Part shown: positions 1 to 9,258 of the stretch, in pieces
Numbering within the stretch: the first letter of the stretch is position 1
How the letters are laid out: every line of letters starts with the position of its first letter
Origin: an uncultured Atopobiaceae bacterium
GTDB taxonomy: Bacteria > Actinomycetota > Coriobacteriia > Coriobacteriales > Atopobiaceae
Length of the DNA stretch: 64,000 bases
Direction of reading: 5' to 3'
NCBI GenBank assembly: GCA_944320385.1
Contig: CALUHH010000003.1
Span: 14,638-78,637 of the forward strand
Made by a program: the position numbers and the translations under genes
The notes under the pieces: generated by a model
Database searches by the model: none
What the model was told of the DNA's origin: nothing
The model's input: the letters and a program-made list of their open reading frames with translations, nothing else

Positions 1-2
1 CC

Positions 3-1103
3 GAGCTCGCCGCCGCGGCGGAGCAGCTCGACATCCTCGGCTCGCAGCTCTCCGACACCCAGGCGCAGCTCGCCGAGGCAACCACCCAGCTCGAGACCAC
101 CGACTACGAGATCAGCGAGAAGCAGGCCGACATCGACGAGAAGCGCGCCACGCTCGCAGAGAAGCAGGCGGCGCTCGGCGAGGGCATGAAGAGCACCTAC
201 AAGTCCGGCCCCGCCTCGCTTCTCGACTTCATCCTCGGCTCCACGAGCGCCGAGGACCTCGCGAACCGCGTCTACTACCTCGACAAGGTCTCCGAGCAGC
301 AGGCCGGCGCCATCGAGGAGGTCCGCCAGCTCACGCAGCAGCTCGAGGCCGAGATGGGCGAGCTCGAGGAGAAGCAGGCGACCCAGCAGCAGATGGTCGA
401 CGAGCTCGAGAGCCAGGCAAGCGCCTACCAGGGGCAGGTCGCCGAGGCCACGAGCCTCTACAACTCGCTCGACGCCGAGGTGCAGGCGCAGCTCGCGGCC
501 GAGCGCGAGGAGAACTCCAACGTCTCCACCGTCATCGACGCCATCGAGAACAACCAGGCCCAGCAGGGCGGCAACACCGGCTCCACGGGCGATCAGGGCG
601 GCCAGACCGGCGGCGCGGGCGACCAGGGGAGCCAGGGCGGCCAGGACAGCGGCAACGTCGGCGAGACCACGCCGACGCCCGACCCCGAGCCCACGCCCGA
701 GCCCACGCCCGAGCCGGAGCCCACGCCCGAGCCCACCCCGGAGCCCGAGCCCGAGCCCTCCGTCCCCTCCGGCGGCGGCCTCTCGACCGCGTACGCGCAG
801 CTCGGCAAGCCCTACGTCTACGGCGCGGTGGGCCCCAACGCCTTCGACTGCTCCGGCCTCATCTGCTACTCCTACGGCTACGCGCGCGGGCGCACCACCT
901 ACGCCATGATCGCGTCGCTGCAGGCCACGGGAGACTGGAAGACCGACATCAGCCAGCTCAACGTGGGCGACCTCGTGTTCCCGCACTCCGGTCACGTGGG
1001 CATCTACCTGGGCAACAACACCTACCTGCACGCCTCCAACCCGAGCACCGGCGTCATCATCAGCCAGCTCTCCGGCTTCATCGGCGGCGGCTCGTACTAC
1101 TAG
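3..1103 (+). CDS. Coiled-coil + NlpC/P60 peptidoglycan hydrolase (5' end outside window)
   Basis: Frame is open from position 3 into ORF 186..1103. N-terminal heptad coiled coil, Gly/Gln and (PEPT)n linker, then NlpC/P60 motifs GKPYVYGAVGPNAFDCSGL and HSGHVGIYLG. Confidence 0.9.
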   Translation, partial: ELAAAAEQLDILGSQLSDTQAQLAEATTQLETTDYEISEKQADIDEKRATLAEKQAALGEGMKSTYKSGPASLLDFILGSTSAEDLANRVYYLDKVSEQQAGAIEEVRQLTQQLEAEMGELEEKQATQQQMVDELESQASAYQGQVAEATSLYNSLDAEVQAQLAAEREENSNVSTVIDAIENNQAQQGGNTGSTGDQGGQTGGAGDQGSQGGQDSGNVGETTPTPDPEPTPEPTPEPEPTPEPTPEPEPEPSVPSGGGLSTAYAQLGKPYVYGAVGPNAFDCSGLICYSYGYARGRTTYAMIASLQATGDWKTDISQLNVGDLVFPHSGHVGIYLGNNTYLHASNPSTGVIISQLSGFIGGGSYY

Positions 1104-1104
1104 C

Positions 1105-2694
1105 GTGGGCGGGGAGTCTTCCGGCCGGGAGGTTGGACGGCGCCTCTCCCGACGCCTGCAGATCGCGCTGGTGGGCGAGGGCGCGCTCGTCGGCCTCGCC
1201 GGCGGCGCCGTCGTCACGCTCTACCGCATGTCACTCTCGGGGGCGGAGGACCTTCTCCGCTCCCTCACGGCCGCCGCGACGGGCAACCCGCCCCTCGTGG
1301 CGGCCTGGTTTTGCGCGCTTGCCGCGATGCTGCTCGTGGTGGCGCGCCTCATCCGCTGGGAGCCCTCCACGTCGGGGTCGGGCATCCCTCAGATCGATTC
1401 CGAGGTCGTCGACCGCATGGACGCTCCCTGGCACCGCGTCATCCCGGCAAAGTTCGCCGAGGGAACGCTGCTCGCGCTCTCCGGCCTCTCGATGGGACGA
1501 GAAGGACCGTCCGTCCAGCTCGGCGGCATGTCCGGCAAGGCCGTCTCCCGCGCGCTGAGGCGCGGCAGGGGAGAGGAGCGGCTCCTGGTGACCTGCGGCG
1601 CCGCCGCGGGCATGTCGGCCGCCTTCCACGCCCCCTTCACCGGCGTCCTCTTTGCCCTCGAGGAGATCCACAAGGAGTTCACCGCGCCGCTGATCATCTC
1701 GGTCATGTGCTCGGCGATCGTCTCCGATCTTCTCGTCTCCCAGGTCCTGGGCATCGAGCCGGTCATGACGCTCGCGTTTGCGCAGGAGCTCCCGCACCCG
1801 GACTACGCGCTCGTGGTCCTTCTCGGCATCGTCTGCGGGCTGCTGGGGGCCCTGCACAACCGCGGCATGTTCGCCTGTCAGGACCTCTTTGCGAAGGTTG
1901 CCTCCGGGGCGCCCGTCGCGGCGCGGCTCGCCGTGCCCTTTGCGCTCGCGGGCGTCGCGGCCTTTGCGTGGCCCGAGCTCATGTGCGGGGGAGACGCGAT
2001 CATCGAGGAGGTCCTCGGGCCTGCCGCGCCCGGCCTCGGGACGCTTCTGGCCCTGCTGGTCGGCAAGTACGTCTTCACCACGGTCTGCTTTGGCTCGGGG
2101 GCGCCCGGGGGCACGCTCTTTCCGCTCGTCGTACTCGGGGCGCTCGTGGGCGGCGCCTTTGCCTCCGTCTGCAGCAACGCTTTTGGCCTGAGCCCGTGGT
2201 TCTTCTCGAACTTCGTGGCGCTGGGCGTGGCGGGGCTCTTCTCGGGCGTGGTGCGGGCTCCGGTGACGGCCGTCATCCTGGTCTTTGAGCTCACGGGCTC
2301 GCTCGACGCGCTGCTCTCGGTCTCCATCGTCTCCATCGTGGCGTACGTGACCTCGAGCGTCACGCGCACCGACGCGTTCTACGAGCACCTGCTCGCAGCG
2401 CTGCTGGGAACCACGACCGACGACCCGGCCGTGAGCGGCCTGGGGGAGTCCAAGGCCCTCCGCACGGTGCGCGTGGGCGCCGGCAGCGCGCTCGAGGGAC
2501 GTTCGCTGCGCGAGGTGCCCTGGCCGGACGGCATGCGCGTCGTGACCATCGAGCGTGCCGGCGGCGAGATCGTGCCGACCGGAGAGACCCGCATTGAGGC
2601 GCTCGACGAGCTGCTCGTGATCGTGGACGGCGGCGCGGCCGATGACGCGCTCCTCAAGCTCCGGCTCATGGCGGAGCAGCGCGTGCGGGAGTGA
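1105..2694 (+). CDS. ClC-family H+/Cl- antiporter with C-terminal TrkA-C (RCK_C) domain
   Basis: ClC signatures GSGIP, GREGP (gating Glu present), GAAAGMSAAFHAP, GAPGG and GVVRAPVT; C-terminal GSALEGRSLREVPWP...IVPTGETRIEALDEL. Confidence 0.9.
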   Translation: MGGESSGREVGRRLSRRLQIALVGEGALVGLAGGAVVTLYRMSLSGAEDLLRSLTAAATGNPPLVAAWFCALAAMLLVVARLIRWEPSTSGSGIPQIDSEVVDRMDAPWHRVIPAKFAEGTLLALSGLSMGREGPSVQLGGMSGKAVSRALRRGRGEERLLVTCGAAAGMSAAFHAPFTGVLFALEEIHKEFTAPLIISVMCSAIVSDLLVSQVLGIEPVMTLAFAQELPHPDYALVVLLGIVCGLLGALHNRGMFACQDLFAKVASGAPVAARLAVPFALAGVAAFAWPELMCGGDAIIEEVLGPAAPGLGTLLALLVGKYVFTTVCFGSGAPGGTLFPLVVLGALVGGAFASVCSNAFGLSPWFFSNFVALGVAGLFSGVVRAPVTAVILVFELTGSLDALLSVSIVSIVAYVTSSVTRTDAFYEHLLAALLGTTTDDPAVSGLGESKALRTVRVGAGSALEGRSLREVPWPDGMRVVTIERAGGEIVPTGETRIEALDELLVIVDGGAADDALLKLRLMAEQRVRE

Positions 2695-2713
2695 TTGACC
2701 ACCGGAGTTTGGC

Positions 2714-2777
2714 GAGAATGCCATATGGGACGGTTTTGCCCCTCACGAGGCCTAGAACTGTCCCATATGGCATTCTC
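2714..2777. repeat. Long hairpin (REP-like family E, copy 1)
   Basis: GAGAATGCCATATGGGAC (2714-2731) is the perfect reverse complement of GTCCCATATGGCATTCTC (2760-2777); left arm matches the hairpin at 28297 at 20 of 24 positions. Confidence 0.75.
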
Positions 2778-2894
2778 AGAAGAGGAAGGGCATCGATGGG
2801 AGAGACCCCTCTTTTTTCTGCGATTTCTCTACTTTACATAAGATATATTATCACGGTTTTAAATCGAGAAGGACGTCTAGCTGGCCTCCGCCGG

Positions 2895-3165
2895 CTTAAG
2901 AAATCGCTCTCATCCGGGAATCGAGCCCCTTGTTGCTTAGAAATCCGCCCTCATCCGGGAGGCGCGCTCCCGAGCGCTTAAGGAATCGCGCCCATCCGAC
3001 GCTGCGGCGCGCTTGTGCTTAGAAAATCGTGCCCGTCCAAGGCTCGCCCTTCCACGATCTTCGGGCGGGCGCGATTCCTTAAGCGCTTGGGGCCCCGTGC
3101 ACCGGACGAGCGCGATTTCTTAAGCGCCGAAACCCGGATTCTCCGGACGGGCGCGATTCCTTAAG
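2895..3165. repeat. Head-to-head 41-bp-period repeat array (family A, copy 1; 4 forward + 3 reverse units)
   Basis: Unit consensus CTTAAGRAATCGYSCCCRTCCGG. Forward units start at 2895, 2936, 2977, 3018; CTTAAG ends of reverse units at 3078, 3119, 3160. Lies between convergent ClC and trxB genes. Confidence 0.92.
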
Positions 3166-3178
3166 CGGTGATGCCCTC

Positions 3179-4129
3179 TCAGCCCTCCACCGGGCGCCCG
3201 AGGTATGCGGCGGCACTCGTGGCCGCCACGGCGCCGTCTGCAGCGGCCGTCACGATCTGGCGCAACGGCTTGGCGCGCGCATCGCCCGCAACAAAGAGCC
3301 CCGGGGTCCGCGTGGCCATGCGCTCGTCGGTCACCACGTATCCCGCATCGTCCACGTCCACGAGCCCGCGCACGAGCTCCGTCTCGGGGTCGCGCCCCAC
3401 GAGGACGAAGACGCCGAACGAGCCCTCTTCATAGGTCTCCACATGCGTGGCCCCCGTCGCGTTGTCGCGCAGCGTCAGCGAGCTCGGAAGGTCGTCGCCG
3501 TCGATTGCGACGATGCTCGTGAGCAGGCGCAGCTCGACCTTCTCGTTATTCTCGAGCTCGCGCACTATGGCCGTCTGGGCCCTCAGATGGTCCTTGCGAA
3601 CGATGACCGTGACCTTGCTGGCCAGGCGCGCCAGGAACAGCGCCTCCTCGGCGGCGGAGTTGCCTCCCCCAACTACGAACACGTGTTTTCCTCTGTAGAA
3701 CATCCCGTCACAGGTGGCGCAGTACGAGACGCCGCGCCCCGCAAAGCGCTCCTCGCCCTCAAAGCCGGCGCGGCGCGGGCGCGCCCCGGCGGCGAGGATG
3801 ACCGCGGCGGCGTCGTAGCTCGCGCTCGAGGCGACCACGCAGAACCGACCCGTCTCGGGGTCATGATCTATCGCAGACACCGGGTCCATGACGATCTGCG
3901 CACCGAGGTCCTCCGCCTGCGCGCGCATCGCGTCAGAGAGCGTGAAGCCGTCGGTGTGCGGCAGCCCTGGGTAGTTGTCGATCTCGCTCGTGAGGATGAC
4001 CTGGCCGCCGAGGGCCTCGCGCTCGAGCGTGACCGCATCGAGCAGCGAGCGCTGGGCGTAGATGGCGGCGGAGAGGCCGGCCGGGCCGCCTCCGACGATG
4101 ACGAGGTCCTTGGGTGTGGCGTCGGGCAT
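3179..4129 (-). CDS. trxB: Thioredoxin-disulfide reductase
   Basis: GGGPAG FAD-binding motif, GVSYCATCDG redox centre, GGGNSA NADPH motif, TPGLFVAGD. Confidence 0.95.
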   Translation of the reverse strand: MPDATPKDLVIVGGGPAGLSAAIYAQRSLLDAVTLEREALGGQVILTSEIDNYPGLPHTDGFTLSDAMRAQAEDLGAQIVMDPVSAIDHDPETGRFCVVASSASYDAAAVILAAGARPRRAGFEGEERFAGRGVSYCATCDGMFYRGKHVFVVGGGNSAAEEALFLARLASKVTVIVRKDHLRAQTAIVRELENNEKVELRLLTSIVAIDGDDLPSSLTLRDNATGATHVETYEEGSFGVFVLVGRDPETELVRGLVDVDDAGYVVTDERMATRTPGLFVAGDARAKPLRQIVTAAADGAVAATSAAAYLGRPVEG

Positions 4130-4249
4130 GTCTCTCCCCTCTCGTAAGGTTCCTGGTAAAGGGATACCCCGCTCTCCCCCATCCTATTCAAAATGAGAGG
4201 CGGCGACCAACATTTTGGCCGCCGCCGCGAGAGGTCCGCGATGGACGTG

Positions 4250-5521
4250 CTAGGCCTCGGAGGCCTCCTTGGGTCTTGGGAGCACGAGGTTCATCAGAAT
4301 GCCGACCAGCGTGGAGGTGGCCATGCCGGGCAGCGTGTAGTCGCCGATGGGAATCGAGATGCCCGAGGTCTCCATGCCCACGCCGAGGATGATGACGACG
4401 GAGGCGATCATGAGGTTGCGGTTGACGTCAAAGTCAACGCGGTTGGAGACGAGCATGCGCAGGCCGTTGGAGGCGATGAGACCAAAGAGCAGGAGGCTCA
4501 CGCCGCCCATGACCGGGCTCGGGATGGACTGGATGAGCGCGGCGAGCTTGGGGCAGAAGCCACCGACGACCAGCGCGAAGCCGGCGGCGTACCAGAAGAT
4601 CTGCGTCGAGTAGACGTGCGTGACGCTCATGACGCCGATGTTCTCTGCGTAGGTGGTCGTCGGGGGGCCGCCGAGGAAGCCCGAGATCATCGTGGAGATG
4701 CCGTCGCCGGCGAGGGAGCGAGGGAGCATCTCGCGATAGTCCTTGCCCACGATCTCCCCGACGGCGAGCAGGTGGCCGATGTGCTCGATGACCACGACGA
4801 CGGCCACGGGTGCCACCAGCGCGATTGCCCCGAGGTCGAAGCGCGGCATAGAGACGTGGGGCAGGCCGATCCAGGACGCCTCGGCCACGGGCGCAAAGTC
4901 CACGAGGTCAAGTGCGAGCGAGAGCAGATAGCCCACGATTATGGCGAGAAGGACCGGGACGGTCCCGACGATGCCGCTCATGCCGGAGAAGATGACCGCG
5001 GCGGCGAGGGTGACGGCAGCGACGATGGCCCCCGTGCCGAAGAAGACGCTCGAGCCGTCAGCAGCGTCGGTCATGAAGGCCATGTCGGCAGCCGTGGCGG
5101 CCAGTCCCACGCCAATGACGACCATGACGGAGGCCACCAGGACCGGCGGAAGAAGGCGGTCGAGCCAGCCGGTCCCCACGAGCCGGATGACGCCGGCGAC
5201 GGCGAGGAAGACGAGGCCGGCCACGATGACGCCGGACATGGCGGCGTCGAGCCCCTTGGTCGCGCCCACCGCGAGGATGGGACTGATGAAGGCAAACGAG
5301 CTGCCCAGGTAGCTGGGAATCTTGTTGCCGGTGACGAGCAGGTAGCAGATGGTGCCGATGCCCGAGCACATGATGGCGACGTTGGGGTCGAGCCCGGTGA
5401 GAACCGGGACGAGCACCGTAGAGCCAAACATCGACATCATGTGCTGAATGCCCAGAGGGATGGCGCGACCGACCGAAACGCGGTCGTCGACCCCGATGAT
5501 CTCACGCTCATGCGAGCTCAC
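4250..5521 (-). CDS. Uracil-xanthine permease (NCS2/NAT, UraA/PyrP-like)
   Basis: GIQHMMSMFGSTVLVP, PSYLGSSFAF, PTTTYAENIGV and NAT-type FCPK...SIPSPVMGG motifs; GTG start with AAGGAG RBS. Confidence 0.9.
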   Translation of the reverse strand: MSSHEREIIGVDDRVSVGRAIPLGIQHMMSMFGSTVLVPVLTGLDPNVAIMCSGIGTICYLLVTGNKIPSYLGSSFAFISPILAVGATKGLDAAMSGVIVAGLVFLAVAGVIRLVGTGWLDRLLPPVLVASVMVVIGVGLAATAADMAFMTDAADGSSVFFGTGAIVAAVTLAAAVIFSGMSGIVGTVPVLLAIIVGYLLSLALDLVDFAPVAEASWIGLPHVSMPRFDLGAIALVAPVAVVVVIEHIGHLLAVGEIVGKDYREMLPRSLAGDGISTMISGFLGGPPTTTYAENIGVMSVTHVYSTQIFWYAAGFALVVGGFCPKLAALIQSIPSPVMGGVSLLLFGLIASNGLRMLVSNRVDFDVNRNLMIASVVIILGVGMETSGISIPIGDYTLPGMATSTLVGILMNLVLPRPKEASEA

Positions 5522-5550
5522 GGGTCACGCTCCTTTCTTGATTGGCCGAT

Positions 5551-5580
5551 AAGAAAAAGGCCCGGGCGCGCCCGGGCCTT
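5551..5580 (-). terminator. Intrinsic terminator between the two permease genes
   Basis: AAGGCCCGGGC-GC-GCCCGGGCCTT stem followed on the minus strand by TTTTTCTT. Confidence 0.75.
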
Positions 5581-5586
5581 GGCAGT

Positions 5587-6906
5587 CTAGGCTGCGAGGA
5601 AGTACACGAGGAAGGCTAGGGCCGCGACCCACATGAGCGGCTTGACCTTTGCGACCTGACCCGTGACGACGGCGACCAGGACGTAGGCGATGAAGCCCAG
5701 GCCGATGCCGGCGGAGATGGAGTAGGTCATGCAGATGCCCGCGACGATCATGAAGGCGGGGAAGCCGTCGAGAACGTCGGACCAATCGATGCCGGAGACC
5801 TCGCTCATCATGAGGTAGCCCACGTACACGAGGGCGCCACAGGTGGCCGCAGAGTTGACGCACGCGATGAGCGGCGAGAGGAACGCGGCGAGCAGGAACA
5901 GGACGCCGGTGGTAATGGAGGTGAGGCCGGTGCGGCCGCCGTCAGCGGCGCCGGAGGCGGACTCGACGAAGGTGGTGACGGAGGAGGCACCCACGAGGCC
6001 GCCGACCGCGGCGGCGGCGGAGTCGACGATCAGGATCGGCTTGATGTCCTTGACGTTGCCGTCCTCGGTGAGGAACTCGCCCTGCTTGGCGACGGCCATG
6101 GCGGTGCCCATGGTGTCGAAGAAGTCTGACATCATGAGCGAGAAGGCGAGGATGAGCAGGGTCGGGTTGGTGACGACCTTGGCGATGCCCATGACGCCGT
6201 CCGCGTCGGTCTGGAAGGGCGCACCGAAGGTGGCAAAGTCGAGCGTGGAGACGATGCCGGCGGGAGCGGTGGTCACGCCGAGGGGGATGCCGCAGATGAC
6301 GGCGATGACGATGCCGAGAAGGATCGAGCCCTTGACCTTGAAGGCCTCGAGAATGACGGTGGCGACGATGGAGATGATGCCCACGATGAACATCGGCTCG
6401 GTGATGGTGCCGAGGGCGAGCAGGGTGCCCTTGTCGTTGACGATGATGCCGGCGTTGGAGAGGCCGATCATCGCGATGAAGAGGCCGAGACCGACCGAGA
6501 TGGCGTGGCGCAGGGACACGGGGATGGCGTCCATGATCGCCTCGCGCAGGCCGCAGAGGACGAGCAGGAGGATGGCGATGCCCTCGACGAAGATGATGGC
6601 CATCGCCGCGTGCCAGTCACCGCCGCACACGCCGGTGGCAGCGGCGGCGATCATCGAGTTGACGCCGAGACCCGAGGCGCAGGCAAGCGGCCTGTTGGCA
6701 AAGACGCCCATGCAGACGGTCATGATGGCCGCGCCGAGGCAGGTGCCGGTGACGATGGCGCTCGTGGGAACGTCGGGCATCGCGGCGCTGAGGATCGAGG
6801 GGTTGACGATGATGATGTACGCCATCGCAAGGAAGGTCGTCAGACCGGCTCGCAGCTCCTGGCCGGGATTCGATCCCCTCTCCTGCATCTTGAAGAACTT
6901 CTCCAT
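5587..6906 (-). CDS. NCS2 family (AzgA/PbuG-like) purine permease
   Basis: ELRAGLTTFLAMAYIIIVNPSIL, GLGLFIAMIGL, FFDTMGT and ESASGAADGGRTGLT motifs; start placed at MEKFFK. Confidence 0.92.
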   Translation of the reverse strand: MEKFFKMQERGSNPGQELRAGLTTFLAMAYIIIVNPSILSAAMPDVPTSAIVTGTCLGAAIMTVCMGVFANRPLACASGLGVNSMIAAAATGVCGGDWHAAMAIIFVEGIAILLLVLCGLREAIMDAIPVSLRHAISVGLGLFIAMIGLSNAGIIVNDKGTLLALGTITEPMFIVGIISIVATVILEAFKVKGSILLGIVIAVICGIPLGVTTAPAGIVSTLDFATFGAPFQTDADGVMGIAKVVTNPTLLILAFSLMMSDFFDTMGTAMAVAKQGEFLTEDGNVKDIKPILIVDSAAAAVGGLVGASSVTTFVESASGAADGGRTGLTSITTGVLFLLAAFLSPLIACVNSAATCGALVYVGYLMMSEVSGIDWSDVLDGFPAFMIVAGICMTYSISAGIGLGFIAYVLVAVVTGQVAKVKPLMWVAALAFLVYFLAA

Positions 6907-6978
6907 TAACGAACATCCCTTTCTTTTGCCACGTACAGAACGAGCTATGTCAGTCACGCCCGTGGGCGGAAAGACCAT

Positions 6979-7425
6979 CTAGACGCCGCTTGAGCCAAAG
7001 CCGCCGGCGCCGCGGTCGGTCTCGTCGAGCTCGTCGACCTCGACAAGGCTCACGACGGGGACCCTCTGGATGACGAGCTGGGCGATGCGCTCCCCGCGCT
7101 CGATGCGAATGGGCCGCTCGGCATCGAGGTTCACGGCGCAGACCTTGAGCTCGCCGCGATAGTGGGAGTCGATGAGGCCGGGTGTGTTGGCCATGGAGAG
7201 GCCCTCACGCAGCGCAAGGCCGCTCCGAGGCTGGACGAAGCCGGCGTACCCCTCCGGGATGGCGATGGCGAGGCCGGTGGAAACGAGCCTGCGCTCATGG
7301 GGGGCCAGGGTCACGTCCTCGTTGGAGCGAAGGTCGAGGCCGGCGTCTCCCTCGTAGGCGTAGGTGGGGAGCTCGACGGTGGGGTCGAGCCGCTTGATGG
7401 GAAGGTCGATGCGATCGTCAGTCAT
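6979..7425 (-). CDS. dut: dUTP diphosphatase
   Basis: [29 protein letters not shown] and [10 protein letters not shown] motifs. Confidence 0.97.
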   Translation of the reverse strand: MTDDRIDLPIKRLDPTVELPTYAYEGDAGLDLRSNEDVTLAPHERRLVSTGLAIAIPEGYAGFVQPRSGLALREGLSMANTPGLIDSHYRGELKVCAVNLDAERPIRIERGERIAQLVIQRVPVVSLVEVDELDETDRGAGGFGSSGV

Positions 7426-7867
7426 TAAGGCTCCTCAGCTCCTCGCTGAACTCGTCAACGTCCTTGAAGTCGCGGTAGACGGAGGCAAAGCGCACGTAGG
7501 CAACCTTGTCGATGGAGACGAGCCTCTTGAGCACCATGCCGCCGAGGTCGACCGACGAGACCTCGGTGATGCCGCCGTCGCGAAGCTCCGACTCGATGTC
7601 GTCGATGAGCGACGAGAGCGTGGAGAGGGGGACGTCGCGCTTGACCGTTGCGGTCACGAGGCCCCTCATGAGCTTCTGTCGGTCGAACGTCTCCTTGCGG
7701 CCGTCGCGCTTGACCACGACGAGCGGCAGCTCCTCGCACCGCTCGTATGTCGTGAACCGGAAACCGCACGAGGCGCACTCGCGGCGGCGCCTGATGGCGT
7801 CATTGCCTTCAGAGGGACGCGAGTCAACGACTTTGGACTCCTCGCACCCGCATTTGGGACAGCGCAT
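7418..7867 (-). CDS. nrdR: Transcriptional repressor NrdR
   Basis: MRCPKC...[18 protein letters not shown] zinc ribbon plus ATP cone ending [12 protein letters not shown]; start placed at ATG 7867. Confidence 0.97.
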   Translation of the reverse strand: MRCPKCGCEESKVVDSRPSEGNDAIRRRRECASCGFRFTTYERCEELPLVVVKRDGRKETFDRQKLMRGLVTATVKRDVPLSTLSSLIDDIESELRDGGITEVSSVDLGGMVLKRLVSIDKVAYVRFASVYRDFKDVDEFSEELRSLND

Positions 7868-7965
7868 CTGACCTCCTCGTGAAAATGCACCATGAGAAGG
7901 TATCACAAAACGTTCAAAACTCGAAACTGAGCGCCTGTCCCGAAACGTGACGGAAAGGGACGGCG

Positions 7966-8421
7966 TCAGTCGAGCGCGGCGGAGGGCACCACGAGCGTCT
8001 GCCCCGCGGTGATGAGACCTCCTTCGATGCCGTTGCGATCCTGGATCCAGGACACAAGCTCAGACGTGGGAATATCCGACCCGCAGCTCTCCGCGATGCT
8101 CCAGAGCGAGTCCCCCTGGGAGACGACGACGGAGGCGGTGGGGAGCGCGTCAAGGGCCTCGCGGGCATGCGCGGCGCGCAGCGGGTCGACGACGAGGCAC
8201 GCCAGCAGGATGGCGAGGATGACGACGGCGCCACCGAGCACAAAGCGCATCCCCTGGACGGCATCCGAAGGGTCTGGGACCACGCGCGCATCCGCGCGGA
8301 CGCAGGGCTGCGCCACACGGTGCCCGCGGCCCCCTTCGATGAGCACGAGCCCGCGCGGATTCACGCTCAGGGCGGAGGTGCCGTCTATTGCCGGAAGTGT
8401 CGCAGAGGTGGTGTAGCTCAT
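7966..8421 (-). CDS. Single-TM LysM protein, probable SOS cell-division inhibitor (YneA/ChiZ-like)
   Basis: Hydrophobic segment FVLGGAVVILAILLACLVV, C-terminal LysM VVVSQGDSLWSIA...NGIEGGLITAGQTLVVP; divergent from lexA with LexA boxes in its promoter. Confidence 0.8.
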   Translation of the reverse strand: MSYTTSATLPAIDGTSALSVNPRGLVLIEGGRGHRVAQPCVRADARVVPDPSDAVQGMRFVLGGAVVILAILLACLVVDPLRAAHAREALDALPTASVVVSQGDSLWSIAESCGSDIPTSELVSWIQDRNGIEGGLITAGQTLVVPSAALD

Positions 8422-8493
8422 CGTTATCCCCTTTCGTCTCTTTGCTGAGACGGTTATAGCGTGCCGACCGGACAGAAATTCAACGCGCAATGA

Positions 8494-8583
8494 GAACATC
8501 TGTACCCTATTATGGTGGTACAATTGTTCGTGTCAAGAAGAAACGAACAATTGTTTGCAATTTGGCGCCCTATGGGCTATGAT
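8494..8583. promoter_or_regulatory. Divergent lysM/lexA promoters with three LexA (SOS) boxes
   Basis: lexA promoter TTGCAA(8555-8560)-17 nt-TATGAT(8578-8583); lysM promoter TTGACA(8536-8531)-16 nt-CATAAT(8514-8509). Boxes CGAACAATTGTTTG (8544-8557), CGAACAATTGTAC (minus strand, 8530-8518) and GAACATCTGTAC (8494-8505). Confidence 0.8.
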
Positions 8584-8608
8584 GCGGACACGGACGAAGG
8601 AGGCTCCC

Positions 8609-9256
8609 ATGGCACGAGGCAAACTCGGCAAGCGCCAGCTCGCCATCTACGACTTCATCAAGTCATACTCAGACGAGCACGGATACCCGCCTTCGGTGCG
8701 CGAGATCGGAGCCGCCGTCGGCCTCGCCTCTCCCTCGACCGTTCACATGCACCTCAAGGTCCTCGAGGAGCAGGGTCTGATCAAGAGGGACTCCAAGAAG
8801 CCGCGCACGATCGAGGTCATGGAGAAGCGCGAGGGTGACGACCAGCCCCTGGCAAGCGTCACCCAGGATGTCGACAACAATGTCATTCGCCTGCCGCTCG
8901 TGGGTCGCGTCGCCGCCGGCACGCCCATCCTTGCGGAGCAGAACATCGAGGACACGCTCAGCCTGCCCACCTCCATCGTGAGCGACGCGAGCTCATTCAT
9001 ACTCCGCGTCCGCGGGGAGTCGATGATCAACGCCGGCATCTTCGACGGGGACTACATCGTCGTCAAGGAGCAGCAGGACGCCCACGACGGGGAGATCGTC
9101 GTCGCCCTCATCGACGACTCGGCCACGGTCAAGACCTTCTATCGCGAGCACGACCGCATCCGCCTGCAGCCCGAGAACGACGCCATGGAGCCCATCTACG
9201 TCGACAACCCCGTCATCCTCGGTCGCGTCACGGCGCTCATCCGCTCGATCAGCTGA
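8609..9256 (+). CDS. lexA: SOS repressor LexA
   Basis: GYPPSVREIGAAVGLASPSTVHMHL HTH, VGRVAAGTP cleavage site, LRVRGESM and ATVKTF catalytic motifs; GGAGG RBS. Confidence 0.97.
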   Translation: MARGKLGKRQLAIYDFIKSYSDEHGYPPSVREIGAAVGLASPSTVHMHLKVLEEQGLIKRDSKKPRTIEVMEKREGDDQPLASVTQDVDNNVIRLPLVGRVAAGTPILAEQNIEDTLSLPTSIVSDASSFILRVRGESMINAGIFDGDYIVVKEQQDAHDGEIVVALIDDSATVKTFYREHDRIRLQPENDAMEPIYVDNPVILGRVTALIRSIS

Positions 9257-9258
9257 GC

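Noticed and set aside
680-765. Tandem CCCGAGCCCACG repeats
   Set aside because: They encode the ordinary (PEPT)n linker of the NlpC/P60 protein.
1105-2694. Fluoride-exporting CLC-F
   Set aside because: It has GSGIP and GREGP rather than the GNNLI/GREGT signatures of CLC-F, and no fluoride riboswitch is evident.
2895-3165. CRISPR array interpretation of the 41-bp repeats (also 44804-45115)
   Set aside because: Units are degenerate and switch orientation mid-array, spacers are only ~18 bp and partly repeated, and no cas genes are in the window.
6907-6978. Purine riboswitch before the AzgA/PbuG-like permease
   Set aside because: The 72-bp gap after dut is too short and lacks the purine aptamer core.
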